The position numbers were made by a program, and so were the translations under genes. Positions 1 through 7,329 of a stretch of DNA of 14,028 nucleotides are shown in pieces. The stretch covers positions 1-14,028 of the forward strand of contig JBBTED010000177.1 of the NCBI GenBank assembly GCA_038042445.1, written 5' to 3'. The stretch is from Candidatus Firestoneibacteriota bacterium. Its GTDB lineage: Bacteria; Oederibacteriota; D2-FULL-39-29; JBBTED01. How positions within the stretch are numbered: position 1 is the first letter of the stretch; the number at the start of each line of letters is the position of its first letter. Below the pieces are notes generated by a model, which was not told where the DNA came from, made no database searches, and was given only the letters and a program-made list of their open reading frames with translations.

Positions 1-1
1 T

Positions 2-160
2 GCTGAATATCTTGAAGATTTTGCAAATAAAGATTTGCAACAGAAAGGGTATAATGCAATAAAATTTTATCTGGACAAAATAGGAAATAAAAAAACAGCC
101 CAAAAAACAAAAGAGCATCTTGAAGAAATCAAAAAGGGTAGACGGGATATATATTTTTAA
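2..160 (+). CDS. hydG: C-terminal fragment of a HydG-like radical SAM protein ([FeFe]-hydrogenase maturase HydG/ThiH family), 5' end outside window
   Basis: Hand translation AEYLEDFANKDLQQKGYNAIKFYLDKIGNKKTAQKTKEHLEEIKKGRRDIYF* matches the remembered HydG C-terminus pattern (EYLxDYA...G...I...L..I..GxRDxxF). Not in the ORF track. Confidence 0.7.
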   Translation, partial: AEYLEDFANKDLQQKGYNAIKFYLDKIGNKKTAQKTKEHLEEIKKGRRDIYF

Positions 161-216
161 TTTCATAATTTCTTGTAGTTTGCGATTGTGAACACATTCA
201 TGGAGTTTTAAAAAGA

Positions 217-246
217 TTGACTTTGTTTAGGAAATTTGTGTAATAT
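217..246 (+). promoter_or_regulatory. Probable sigma70 promoter for riboswitch-btuCDF operon
   Basis: TTGACT (217-222), 18-nt spacer, TAATAT (241-246), just upstream of the riboswitch. Confidence 0.5.
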
Positions 247-259
247 TTAAATGAAAGTA

Positions 260-465
260 GCACAGGTGTTCTGGAGTTTAATTCAGAACTAAAAGGGAAT
301 CCCGTAGAATCGGGGACGCTCCCGGCGCTGTAATCGGGGACAAAACCTAAAATAAACCACTGTTTGGTAAGTTAAACCAAACGGGAAGGTTGGGTAGAGG
401 AAGAACCGAAAGTCAGAAAACCTGCCTGTGTGAAAAATGTTCTAATATCTTTCGTGGACAAAGAT
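260..465 (+). ncRNA. Cobalamin riboswitch, long (Cbl-I/AdoCbl-type) with P13 hairpin
   Basis: GCACAGG(260-266)/CCTGTGT(425-431) closing helix; AAAAGGGAA, CTGTAA, CCACTG, CGGGAAGG and AAGTCAGAAAACCTGCC (B12 box) motifs in order; L5 TCCCG (320-324) complementary to the P13 loop CGTGGA in the hairpin ATCTTT/AAAGAT (447-465); upstream of btu genes. Confidence 0.93.
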
Positions 466-486
466 GAGGGTGAAGAAGCAGGGTGC

Positions 487-523
487 AACCCCGAAGTTTT
501 TTAATTTCGGGGTTTTTTGTTTT
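487..523 (+). terminator. Intrinsic terminator, expression platform of riboswitch 1
   Basis: AACCCCGAAG/TTTCGGGGTT stem followed by a T-rich tract immediately before btuC. Confidence 0.85.
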
Positions 524-526
524 GAT

Positions 527-1522
527 ATGAAAAAAAAGATAATTCTTTGGGTTACAGTTTTAACAATTATTCTCTTGGGAATAAGTATTTTTTCTATTTG
601 TATTGGACCTACTAAAATTTCACTTAAAAATATTTTTACTTTGGGCTTACCGGATAAAGATAGTATGGAATATAGTATTATTTTTAATATCAGATTTCCA
701 AGAATAATTTTGGGTTTTGCAATAGGCGGTGCTTTGAGCTTGGCAGGAGTTATTCTGCAGGGAATGTTTAGAAATCCTCTTGTGGAGCCGTATACACTTG
801 GTATTTCAGGTGGTGCAGCATTAGGAGTTTGCTTAAACATTATTTTGCAGCTTAATAAATTTAGTATATTATCGTTGCCAATTTCTGGTTTTTTTGGTGC
901 AATTTTTACTGTAATGTTTGTTTATTTTTTGAGTATAAAAAGAGGGATTTTAAAAATTCAGGGACTTCTTTTAACTGGTGTAATGATAAGTTTTATTTCT
1001 TCATCATTGATTATGTTAATTATGTCTATATCACGAACAGAGGATTTACATGGAATTATTTTTTGGATTATGGGTTCTTTAGATGAGCCAAATTGGTTGC
1101 TTGTAAAAATAGCATTTTTATTATCAGTAGTGTCTCTTGTTGTTACTTATTTTTTCTGTATTGACCTTAATGCGTTTTCATTAGGGGAAGAAGAAGCTCA
1201 ACATTTAGGAATTAATATTGAGAAAAGCAAACGTCTGCTTTTTTTTCTGGCTTCTGTATTAACGGGTGTTAGTGTTTCTGTTGCAGGAATAATTGGTTTT
1301 GTTGGTTTGGTAATACCGCATTTTGTTAGAATGTTTGTTGGTTGGGATCATAGGGTTCTTTTGATAAGTTCATTTCTAACAGGTGCGATTTTTTTAATAT
1401 TATGTGATACTATTGCAAGAACTATAATTTCACCTTTGGAGTTACCTGTAGGTGTAATTACAGGAATATTAGGTGGAACTTTTTTAATTTATATATTATA
1501 TAAAAAAGAATATAAGTTATGA
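527..1522 (+). CDS. btuC: Cobalamin ABC transporter permease (FecCD/BtuC family)
   Basis: Highly hydrophobic; IRFPRI, FRNPLVEPYTLGISGGA, LGEEEAQHLG, GIIGFVGLVIPH motifs. Start moved from 464 to ATG 527 because 464-526 spans the terminator. Substrate inferred from the riboswitch. Confidence 0.9.
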   Translation: MKKKIILWVTVLTIILLGISIFSICIGPTKISLKNIFTLGLPDKDSMEYSIIFNIRFPRIILGFAIGGALSLAGVILQGMFRNPLVEPYTLGISGGAALGVCLNIILQLNKFSILSLPISGFFGAIFTVMFVYFLSIKRGILKIQGLLLTGVMISFISSSLIMLIMSISRTEDLHGIIFWIMGSLDEPNWLLVKIAFLLSVVSLVVTYFFCIDLNAFSLGEEEAQHLGINIEKSKRLLFFLASVLTGVSVSVAGIIGFVGLVIPHFVRMFVGWDHRVLLISSFLTGAIFLILCDTIARTIISPLELPVGVITGILGGTFLIYILYKKEYKL

Positions 1523-2301
1523 TTATGATTGAAACTAAAAATTTAACCTGCGGATATGGCTCAAAAATTATTATAGAAGACATTAATTTGCAGATAAGTT
1601 GTAAAGACTTTGTTGGAATTATTGGCCCAAATGGTTCAGGAAAAACAACTTTGCTTCGTGCAATAACCAAGATACTTAAACCGGAAAAAGGGGAAATTTT
1701 AATTGAAGGGAATAATATATCGCAAGTTGTATTCAAAGAATTAGCAAAGAAAGTAGCAATAGTTTCTCAGAATTTAGAACCTACATTTATGACAGTGGAA
1801 GAATTCGTTCTTCTTGGCAGGATTCCATATTATAATAAATTTCAGCTTTTTGAAACTAACAAAGATAAAGAAATTGTGGAAAAATGTATGTTTTTGACTG
1901 ACATTTTAGAATTGAAAGATAGGTTTATTCCGGAAATAAGCGGGGGAGAAAGACAGCTTGTTTGTATTGCCCGTGCATTAGCACAAGAACCAAAAATTCT
2001 TATTTTAGATGAGCCTACTGCACATTTGGATATTGCACATCAGGTTAAGATTTTAAATTTAATTAAAAAATTAAATAAAGAATTAGGGCTTACTGTGATT
2101 ATTGTTTTGCATGATTTAAATCTTGCTGGAGAATATTGTGATCACATAGTTCTTTTTAATAATGGCAGGATTCATAAAATTGGATATCCGGAAGAAGTTC
2201 TTACATATCAAATGATAGAAGAAGTTTACAAAACAGTAGTAGTTGTAGAGAAAAATCCAATATCTAATAAACCTTATGTGATATTAGTTGCAAATAGATA
2301 G
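1519..2301 (+). CDS. btuD: Cobalamin ABC transporter ATP-binding subunit (FepC/BtuD family)
   Basis: Walker A GPNGSGKT, signature ISGGERQ, Walker B ILILDEPT, HDLNLA; ATGA overlap with btuC stop. Confidence 0.92.
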   Translation: MIMIETKNLTCGYGSKIIIEDINLQISCKDFVGIIGPNGSGKTTLLRAITKILKPEKGEILIEGNNISQVVFKELAKKVAIVSQNLEPTFMTVEEFVLLGRIPYYNKFQLFETNKDKEIVEKCMFLTDILELKDRFIPEISGGERQLVCIARALAQEPKILILDEPTAHLDIAHQVKILNLIKKLNKELGLTVIIVLHDLNLAGEYCDHIVLFNNGRIHKIGYPEEVLTYQMIEEVYKTVVVVEKNPISNKPYVILVANR

Positions 2302-2310
2302 GAGAGATAT

Positions 2311-3138
2311 ATGTTGATGCAAAAATTTTTAATAACGGTATTTATTGTAAATATAACGACTTTATCATTTTGTGCACCTTTAAAAATTCAACGAATAATT
2401 TCACTTGGACCTTCTATAACTGCTCAGCTTTATTTGTTAGGAGTACAGGATAAATTAATAGGATGCACAGTTTATTGCAAAATACCTATAGCTGCGAATG
2501 TAAATTTGCAAAAAGTAGCAACAGCAGTAAATGTTAATGTGGAAAAAGTTGTTAGTTTAAAACCAGATTTAGTTCTGGCAACTTCTCTAACCGATATTAA
2601 GGCTGTTAATAAATTAAAAAGTTTGGGAATAAATGTTGTGCAGTTTTCATTAGCACATAATTTTGAAGATATATGCGGACAATTTATAAGATTAGGAGAA
2701 CTAATTGATAAAAAAAAAGAAGCAGAAAAAAATGTAAATAAAATAAGAATACAGGTTGATAATATTAAAAAAAAGGCAAAAAATTTTTCAAAACAGACAG
2801 TTTTTGTACAAGTAGGTGCGAAACCTTTATTTACAATAACAAAAGAGTATTTTATAAATGATGTAATAGAATTTGCAGGTGGTTTAAATGTTGCAAAAGA
2901 TGCAAAAACAGGAATTTACAATAGGGAAGAAGTTTTAAAAAGAAACCCTGATGTAATTATTATTACTACTATGGGAGTTACTGCAGAAGAAGAGAAAAAA
3001 ACATGGTATAAATTTAATACACTGAATGCAGTTAAAAATAATAGAATTTATATTGTTAATTCTGATAAGTTTTGCACTCCTACACCTATAAATTTTGTTG
3101 TTTCATTGGAAGAAATGATTAATATTTTACACAAATAA
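2311..3138 (+). CDS. btuF: Cobalamin ABC transporter substrate-binding protein (helical backbone, BtuF-like)
   Basis: N-terminal signal-like segment; RIISLGPSIT, NVEKVVSLKPDLVL, EEVLKRNPDVII, AVKNNRIY motifs; AGGAG RBS. Confidence 0.88.
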   Translation: MLMQKFLITVFIVNITTLSFCAPLKIQRIISLGPSITAQLYLLGVQDKLIGCTVYCKIPIAANVNLQKVATAVNVNVEKVVSLKPDLVLATSLTDIKAVNKLKSLGINVVQFSLAHNFEDICGQFIRLGELIDKKKEAEKNVNKIRIQVDNIKKKAKNFSKQTVFVQVGAKPLFTITKEYFINDVIEFAGGLNVAKDAKTGIYNREEVLKRNPDVIIITTMGVTAEEEKKTWYKFNTLNAVKNNRIYIVNSDKFCTPTPINFVVSLEEMINILHK

Positions 3139-3168
3139 TTAAGGTAATATAAAGAATTGCATGAAATG

Positions 3169-3222
3169 GTAGTCGCAGGCTTTAGCCTGCGAAAAAAAAC
3201 GCAAGCTAAAGCTTGCGACTAC
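3169..3222. repeat. GTAG-family REP doublet (inverted pair)
   Basis: GTAGTCGCAGGCTTTAGCCTGCG (3169-3191), A8 spacer, then the reverse complement of GTAGTCGCAAGCTTTAGCTTGCG (3200-3222). Confidence 0.8.
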
Positions 3223-3244
3223 ACGAACATAGGAGAAAAATAAA

Positions 3245-3784
3245 ATGACTGTTCAAAAGCGTAAAGGTTTTATTCAGGTTTATACTGGAGATGGCAAAGG
3301 TAAGACAACTGCTGCTGTAGGTTTAGCTTGCAGGGCATCAGGGCATAATTTAAAAATTTGTTATATCTATTTTCACAAAGATCCTGAAAAATTTGGATAT
3401 ACAGAACATAAGACACTAAAAAAGCTTGGTGTGGATGTGTTTGGGTTTGCTAAAAAGCATCCTCATTTTGATAAAAATATATCCAAAGATGATATACGAA
3501 AAGAATGTTTAAAAGGCTTAAAATTTATTAAGAAACTATATAAAGAAAATAAATACGACATTCTTATTTTGGATGAAATATTGATTTCTCTTCGCGATGG
3601 TTTTCTAAAAAAGGAAGAAATATTTGATATATTAAATTCCAAACCAGATAATTTGGAATTAGTTTTAACAGGAAGAAGTGCTACAGCCAAAATAATTGAA
3701 AAAGCTGATTTAGTAAGTGAAGTAAAAAATATAAAACACCCTTATGAAAAAGGAGTTCCACAAAGAAAAGGTATTGAATATTAA
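3245..3784 (+). CDS. cobO: Cob(I)yrinic acid a,c-diamide / cob(I)alamin adenosyltransferase (CobA/CobO/BtuR family)
   Basis: KGFIQVYTGDGKGKTTAAVG P-loop, ILILDEI, ELVLTGR, ADLVSEV, KHPY...GIEY. Confidence 0.95.
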   Translation: MTVQKRKGFIQVYTGDGKGKTTAAVGLACRASGHNLKICYIYFHKDPEKFGYTEHKTLKKLGVDVFGFAKKHPHFDKNISKDDIRKECLKGLKFIKKLYKENKYDILILDEILISLRDGFLKKEEIFDILNSKPDNLELVLTGRSATAKIIEKADLVSEVKNIKHPYEKGVPQRKGIEY

Positions 3785-3786
3785 AA

Positions 3787-3939
3787 ATGCGTCTTAGTGA
3801 GGCTTTTGAAAATTATCTTAATGCAAGGAATAAAAAAATATTGAATTTGCGCAAAAAAGGTATTCCATTAAAAAATATTGCGTATAAATTTAAACTTTCT
3901 GAAAGGCATACAAGGCGAATTATTCGTATTGGGACATAA
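3787..3939 (+). CDS. Small (50 aa) helix-turn-helix protein, Mor C-terminal / CD3324-like
   Basis: Hand translation MRLSEAFENYLNARNKKILNLRKKGIPLKNIAYKFKLSERHTRRIIRIGT*; RNxxI...G..+..IA..F.LSER..RRII pattern; starts 2 nt after the cobO stop; below the ORF-track length cutoff. Confidence 0.72.
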   Translation: MRLSEAFENYLNARNKKILNLRKKGIPLKNIAYKFKLSERHTRRIIRIGT

Positions 3940-3990
3940 TGTCCTAAAATGTCCATTGACAGAAGTATAAAAATTTATTAAAAGTATAAT
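3932..3990 (+). promoter_or_regulatory. Operator-like palindrome/repeat plus probable promoter for riboswitch 2-btuB
   Basis: GGACAT-A-ATGTCC (3932-3944), second ATGTCC (3949-3954), TTGACA (3956-3961), TATAAT (3985-3990); hexamer spacing of 23 nt is non-canonical. Confidence 0.5.
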
Positions 3991-4002
3991 AAGTTTAACC
4001 AA

Positions 4003-4130
4003 ATAAGTAGAGGAAGTTTCCGTGTGATTCGGAATGCTGCCGCGCAACGGTAATCTCTTAACTTTGATATAAAGTAAAGAGTAGCCCGGTCGACTACTTA
4101 TAATGGTAAGTACCTTCGCGAGGAGGGGAA
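4003..4130 (+). ncRNA. Cobalamin riboswitch, compact (Cbl-II / AdoCbl-variant-like) with P13 hairpin
   Basis: ATAAGTAG(4003-4010)/CTACTTAT(4094-4101) helix; GAGGAA, TTCCG-TGTGATT-CGGAA T-loop hairpin, GCTGCCGCGCAACGGTAA, short P6 extension, AGCCCG; P13 CCTTC-GCGAG-GAGGG; directly upstream of the btuB-like gene. Confidence 0.8.
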
Positions 4131-4149
4131 GATGTGAATTTTACAACTG

Positions 4150-4182
4150 AACCCGACCTATGAAGGCCGGGTTTTTTATTTT
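4150..4182 (+). terminator. Intrinsic terminator, expression platform of riboswitch 2
   Basis: AACCCGACCT-ATGA-AGGCCGGGTT stem (one mismatch) plus T tract; the 3' arm GGCCGGGTT can alternatively pair with aptamer AGCCCGGTC (4083-4091) as an antiterminator. Confidence 0.82.
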
Positions 4183-4194
4183 GTAATCATTAAG

Positions 4195-4246
4195 GTAGGG
4201 GCAAGTTTACTCGTCTAAGAATTAGGACAGGCAGGCCTGCTCCTAT
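4195..4246. repeat. Degenerate GTAG-type REP-like inverted pair in the btuB leader
   Basis: GTAGGGGCAAGTTTACTCGTCT versus the opposite-strand ATAGGAGCAGGCCTGCCTGTCCT; long imperfect hairpin ending just before the AAGGAGG RBS. Confidence 0.45.
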
Positions 4247-4263
4247 TCATAAGGAGGAAAAAA

Positions 4264-6285
4264 ATGTTTAGAATGATGATTGTTATGATGCTATTGGGTT
4301 GTCAGACTTTAATGGCAGAGGAAAACCTTCCTATAATTGATTTAAAAGAGATAGTAATAACTGCAACGCGGTATCCAATGATACTTAAAGATGTTCCTGC
4401 AAGTGTAACAGTTATTACCAAGAAAGATATTGAAAAAACTAATGCAAAAAAACTTGGTGATGTTTTACGTAAAACTGCTGGTGTAGATATTACAAGCTAT
4501 GGTGCAGTAGGTTCATTAACACAGGCAAATATACGTGGGGCATTAGCTGCGCAGGTATTGATTTTAGTTGATGGCAGACCCATTAATTCCATATCATCAG
4601 GTGAGGCAAATTTAAGTGATATATCAATAGAAAATATTGAAAAAATAGAAGTAATGCGCGGACCTGCATCTGCTTTATATGGAGCTAATGCTGTTGGAGG
4701 TGTAATAAATGTAATAACCAAAAAGATTCCAGCTAAAATGGATACTACTCTTAGTGCTTCTTATGGTACGTATGATACCTTATCCTATAAATTAAAAAAT
4801 GGTGCAAAATTTAATGACTTTGGATATTTATTTAATGTAAATAAGCTCAAATCAAATGGTTTAAGAGCTAACAGTGATTATGATAGCGTAGATTTAAATG
4901 GAAAATTTGAATATGGAGATGAACATAAATTAACTGTAATTGGAGGCTATTACCAAAATGATTTAGGGACTCCTGGTCCTAAGCCTGCTGAACTTTTGTC
5001 TAATAGAACAGCTACACAAAAGAAATTCGGCAATGATGAAGTGTCCAGTTTAACAGATAAGCAAAAAGAGAAAAAGGGGTATATTGATACTACAGTAAAA
5101 ATAAAATTAGATGAAACATCAGAATTATTACCTAAGTTTTATTTTGAGAGTAACAGACTTGATGCACATCAAGAGTATGTATCAGTTTCTAAAACATATC
5201 AGGGAGATGATATTTATAATACAAATGTTTTAGGAAGTGATGTGCAATACAACAATTTTTCAATTAAGAATCATAATCTGATTTTTGGGGTAAATTACAG
5301 ACAGGAAAATTTTGATGCAGAAAAATCTACTTATAATGCTACTAATCAGATTTCTTCTGTTGCAAATTGGGTGCCGAAAGCTACAACAAAAGCGGTTTTT
5401 GGTGAAGATGAAATAAAACTATTTGAGTCTTTTAATATTAATCCTGGTTTGCGTTTGGATAATCATTCAGTATATGGCAATCAGATAAATCCTCGTTTAA
5501 GTATGCTTTACAATCTCGATAATATAAATTTACGTGTTTCAGCAGGCAGAGCTTTTCGCTCTCCTACTATGAATGATTTATACTGGCCAGAAACGGCAAG
5601 TGATAAAGGGAATCCTGATTTAAAGCCAGAAACAGCTTGGGCTTATGAGTTTAACATTGAAACTTGGTTTGGAGATATATTTTGGGGAAGAATTGGTTTG
5701 TTCCAAAAAGACATAAAAGATATGATTGCATGGGCACCAACAGGACCTATAGGAGCTTATGGTCCAAAATGGCAGCCATCTAATGTTAATTCATTAATAT
5801 CAAGAGGTTTAGAATTAGAATTTAAAACACAATTAGCAAAGGAAATCTCTTTTAATCTCACTTATACTTATATAAATGCAAACCAGAAAAATGCTGAAAT
5901 TATAGATGCAAGTAATAACACTATGCTTGAAATTGAAAGAGTAGCTGCCAATACACCTCAAAATCATATTAATCTTGGATTAAATTATGAAACGGATTTT
6001 GATTTAATGGTTAATCTTTCTGGGGGATATGTAGGCAAGAGATATCGTTATTACTCCAATTATTCCAATTATCCAGTTGTAAGTATGGATACAAAAGAAT
6101 TACCAGATTATTTTGTTAGTGATTTTAAGATTACTCAGTTGTTAGCAAAAAGTATTAATCTATTTGTAGGGGTCGACAATATTTTTGACATAAAATATAA
6201 AGAAAGATTAGGAAGCAGTATAACTGATAGTGATTATCCTGTGCCAGGCAGAGCATTTACTGTAGGCACATCAGTGCATTTTTAA
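4264..6285 (+). CDS. btuB: TonB-dependent outer-membrane receptor, probable vitamin B12 transporter
   Basis: Signal peptide, TonB-box-like EIVITATR, plug motifs (IRG, LILVDGRP, IEKIEVMRGPASALYGANAVGGVINVITKK), GNPDLKPE, NIFDxxY...PGR, C-terminal Phe; AAGGAGG RBS; riboswitch upstream. Confidence 0.9.
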   Translation: MFRMMIVMMLLGCQTLMAEENLPIIDLKEIVITATRYPMILKDVPASVTVITKKDIEKTNAKKLGDVLRKTAGVDITSYGAVGSLTQANIRGALAAQVLILVDGRPINSISSGEANLSDISIENIEKIEVMRGPASALYGANAVGGVINVITKKIPAKMDTTLSASYGTYDTLSYKLKNGAKFNDFGYLFNVNKLKSNGLRANSDYDSVDLNGKFEYGDEHKLTVIGGYYQNDLGTPGPKPAELLSNRTATQKKFGNDEVSSLTDKQKEKKGYIDTTVKIKLDETSELLPKFYFESNRLDAHQEYVSVSKTYQGDDIYNTNVLGSDVQYNNFSIKNHNLIFGVNYRQENFDAEKSTYNATNQISSVANWVPKATTKAVFGEDEIKLFESFNINPGLRLDNHSVYGNQINPRLSMLYNLDNINLRVSAGRAFRSPTMNDLYWPETASDKGNPDLKPETAWAYEFNIETWFGDIFWGRIGLFQKDIKDMIAWAPTGPIGAYGPKWQPSNVNSLISRGLELEFKTQLAKEISFNLTYTYINANQKNAEIIDASNNTMLEIERVAANTPQNHINLGLNYETDFDLMVNLSGGYVGKRYRYYSNYSNYPVVSMDTKELPDYFVSDFKITQLLAKSINLFVGVDNIFDIKYKERLGSSITDSDYPVPGRAFTVGTSVHF

Positions 6286-6308
6286 TTATGCGATGATTAG
6301 TAATATGC

Positions 6309-6335
6309 AAAACCCTTTGTATCTAAGGATTTTTT
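6309..6335 (+). terminator. Possible weak terminator after btuB
   Basis: AAAACCCTT-TGTATCT-AAGGATTTT imperfect stem running into a T tract. Confidence 0.35.
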
Positions 6336-6381
6336 ATAGAAACCCAAAAAATTTTTGATAAAAACTTGACAAAAGCGCGAC

Positions 6382-6408
6382 AAGCCCCAATGCTTGGCAT
6401 CGGGGTTT
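6382..6408. other. GC-rich hairpin (bidirectional terminator or IS200/IS605-like end palindrome)
   Basis: AAGCCCCAATGC-TTG-GCATCGGGGTTT, lying between the convergent btuB and minus-strand small ORF. Confidence 0.5.
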
Positions 6409-6411
6409 ACA

Positions 6412-6507
6412 TTAGTGCTTTGTTGTCTCACATAAAAACCTATACGAATTTCCTCTAGGGTCTACTTCTTTTGTAACCATAATTCTTTCCTTTAATTTTA
6501 ATCCCAT
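6412..6507 (-). CDS. Small ORF (31 aa), unknown function or truncated gene
   Basis: AAGGAGGT RBS 5 nt before ATG; MGLKLKERIMVTKEVDPRGNSYRFLCETTKH*. Confidence 0.4.
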   Translation of the reverse strand: MGLKLKERIMVTKEVDPRGNSYRFLCETTKH

Positions 6508-6555
6508 AGACTACCTCCTTTTGTTTATATAGAGATAGCCTATTTTACTTAAATT

Positions 6556-6615
6556 TTCATATAGATTTTTATATGAGGCAATGATATAACTTCATATAGA
6601 TTTTGGATGAGGCAA
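6556..6615. repeat. Imperfect tandem direct repeat with internal palindrome
   Basis: TTCATATAGATTTTTATATGAGGCAA (6556-6581) and TTCATATAGATTTTGGATGAGGCAA (6591-6615). Confidence 0.75.
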
Positions 6616-6932
6616 ATCGTCAAACGGAATCAATTATGGGCATTTATGGCGGCGCAGGAATTTACCGTAGTATCTCCTGCAATGCATGATGAGTTTTTAC
6701 TACGGTATCAATTGCCGATTTTGCGCCAGTTTGGATTGGTCGCATATGGCTGCTGTGAAAATTTGGCAAACAAATTCGGAGAATTGTCAGCCGCGATCTT
6801 AAAGCCTGTCGAAATTATCATTGCTATACAGATATTACTCTGAAAGATGTGGAAACCGTGGCAGGAGATGTAACTCGCGTGCGGCGATGGGTACAGTTAG
6901 TGTGCGAAATCATATCAGAAGTATGGACGTGA
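6607..6932 (+). pseudogene. Truncated, internally deleted/frameshifted URO-D (uroporphyrinogen decarboxylase/cobalamin-dependent methyltransferase-like) family gene fragment
   Basis: Frame 1: WAFMAAQEFTVVSPAMHDEFLLRYQLPILRQFGLVAYGCCENL. A second frame from about 6771 reads QIRRIVSRDLKACRNYHCYTDITLKDVETVAGDVTRVRRWVQLVCEIISEVWT*. No N-terminus; elevated GC. Confidence 0.7.
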
Positions 6933-7329
6933 ATAATTTTTGAGGGATATAAAAAAACAATGAATAATAGGAGGAACAAATATGCAAATGGGATTTAGAG
7001 AAAGAAAGACTTTATATATATTTATAGAAAGAAAAACAGATTAATAATGAGAAGAGTTCTTTTTATTTAGAACTTATTGAGGAAAATTCTTTTGAGATAA
7101 ATAAAAGAAGTGAAAACAAGGTGGTAGACTTTTATTTGTCACTCAACCCCTAATTTGTTACGTAAAGTTTTGGAGGTGATGTAAAGGGATAAAAATATTT
7201 TAAATGGTTGTTTTGATTTAAAGTTATCTATTGGGTATGAAATCGAAAATGTAGTTTTGTAAGTGTGAAGTCCATTTAGGGTATTGAGGTTTTGTTTTTT
7301 AACAGTTTCGGTATAAAGGAGATAAATTT

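Noticed and set aside
186..203. TTGTGAA-CACA-TTCATGG, resembling a Rex or CRP box upstream of the btu promoter
   Set aside because: Right half-site is poor and such matches are common in AT-rich DNA
6556..6615. Possible mini-CRISPR array
   Set aside because: Only two imperfect copies separated by 9 nt, and no cas genes in the window
6760..6780. Programmed -1 frameshift joining the two pseudogene frames
   Set aside because: No canonical slippery heptamer, N-terminus is absent and an internal segment seems lost; decay is the simpler explanation
7155..7167. TTGTTACGTAAAG, LacI/GntR-like operator candidate before the sugar genes
   Set aside because: Only an 8-bp core palindrome, single copy, no regulator gene in the window
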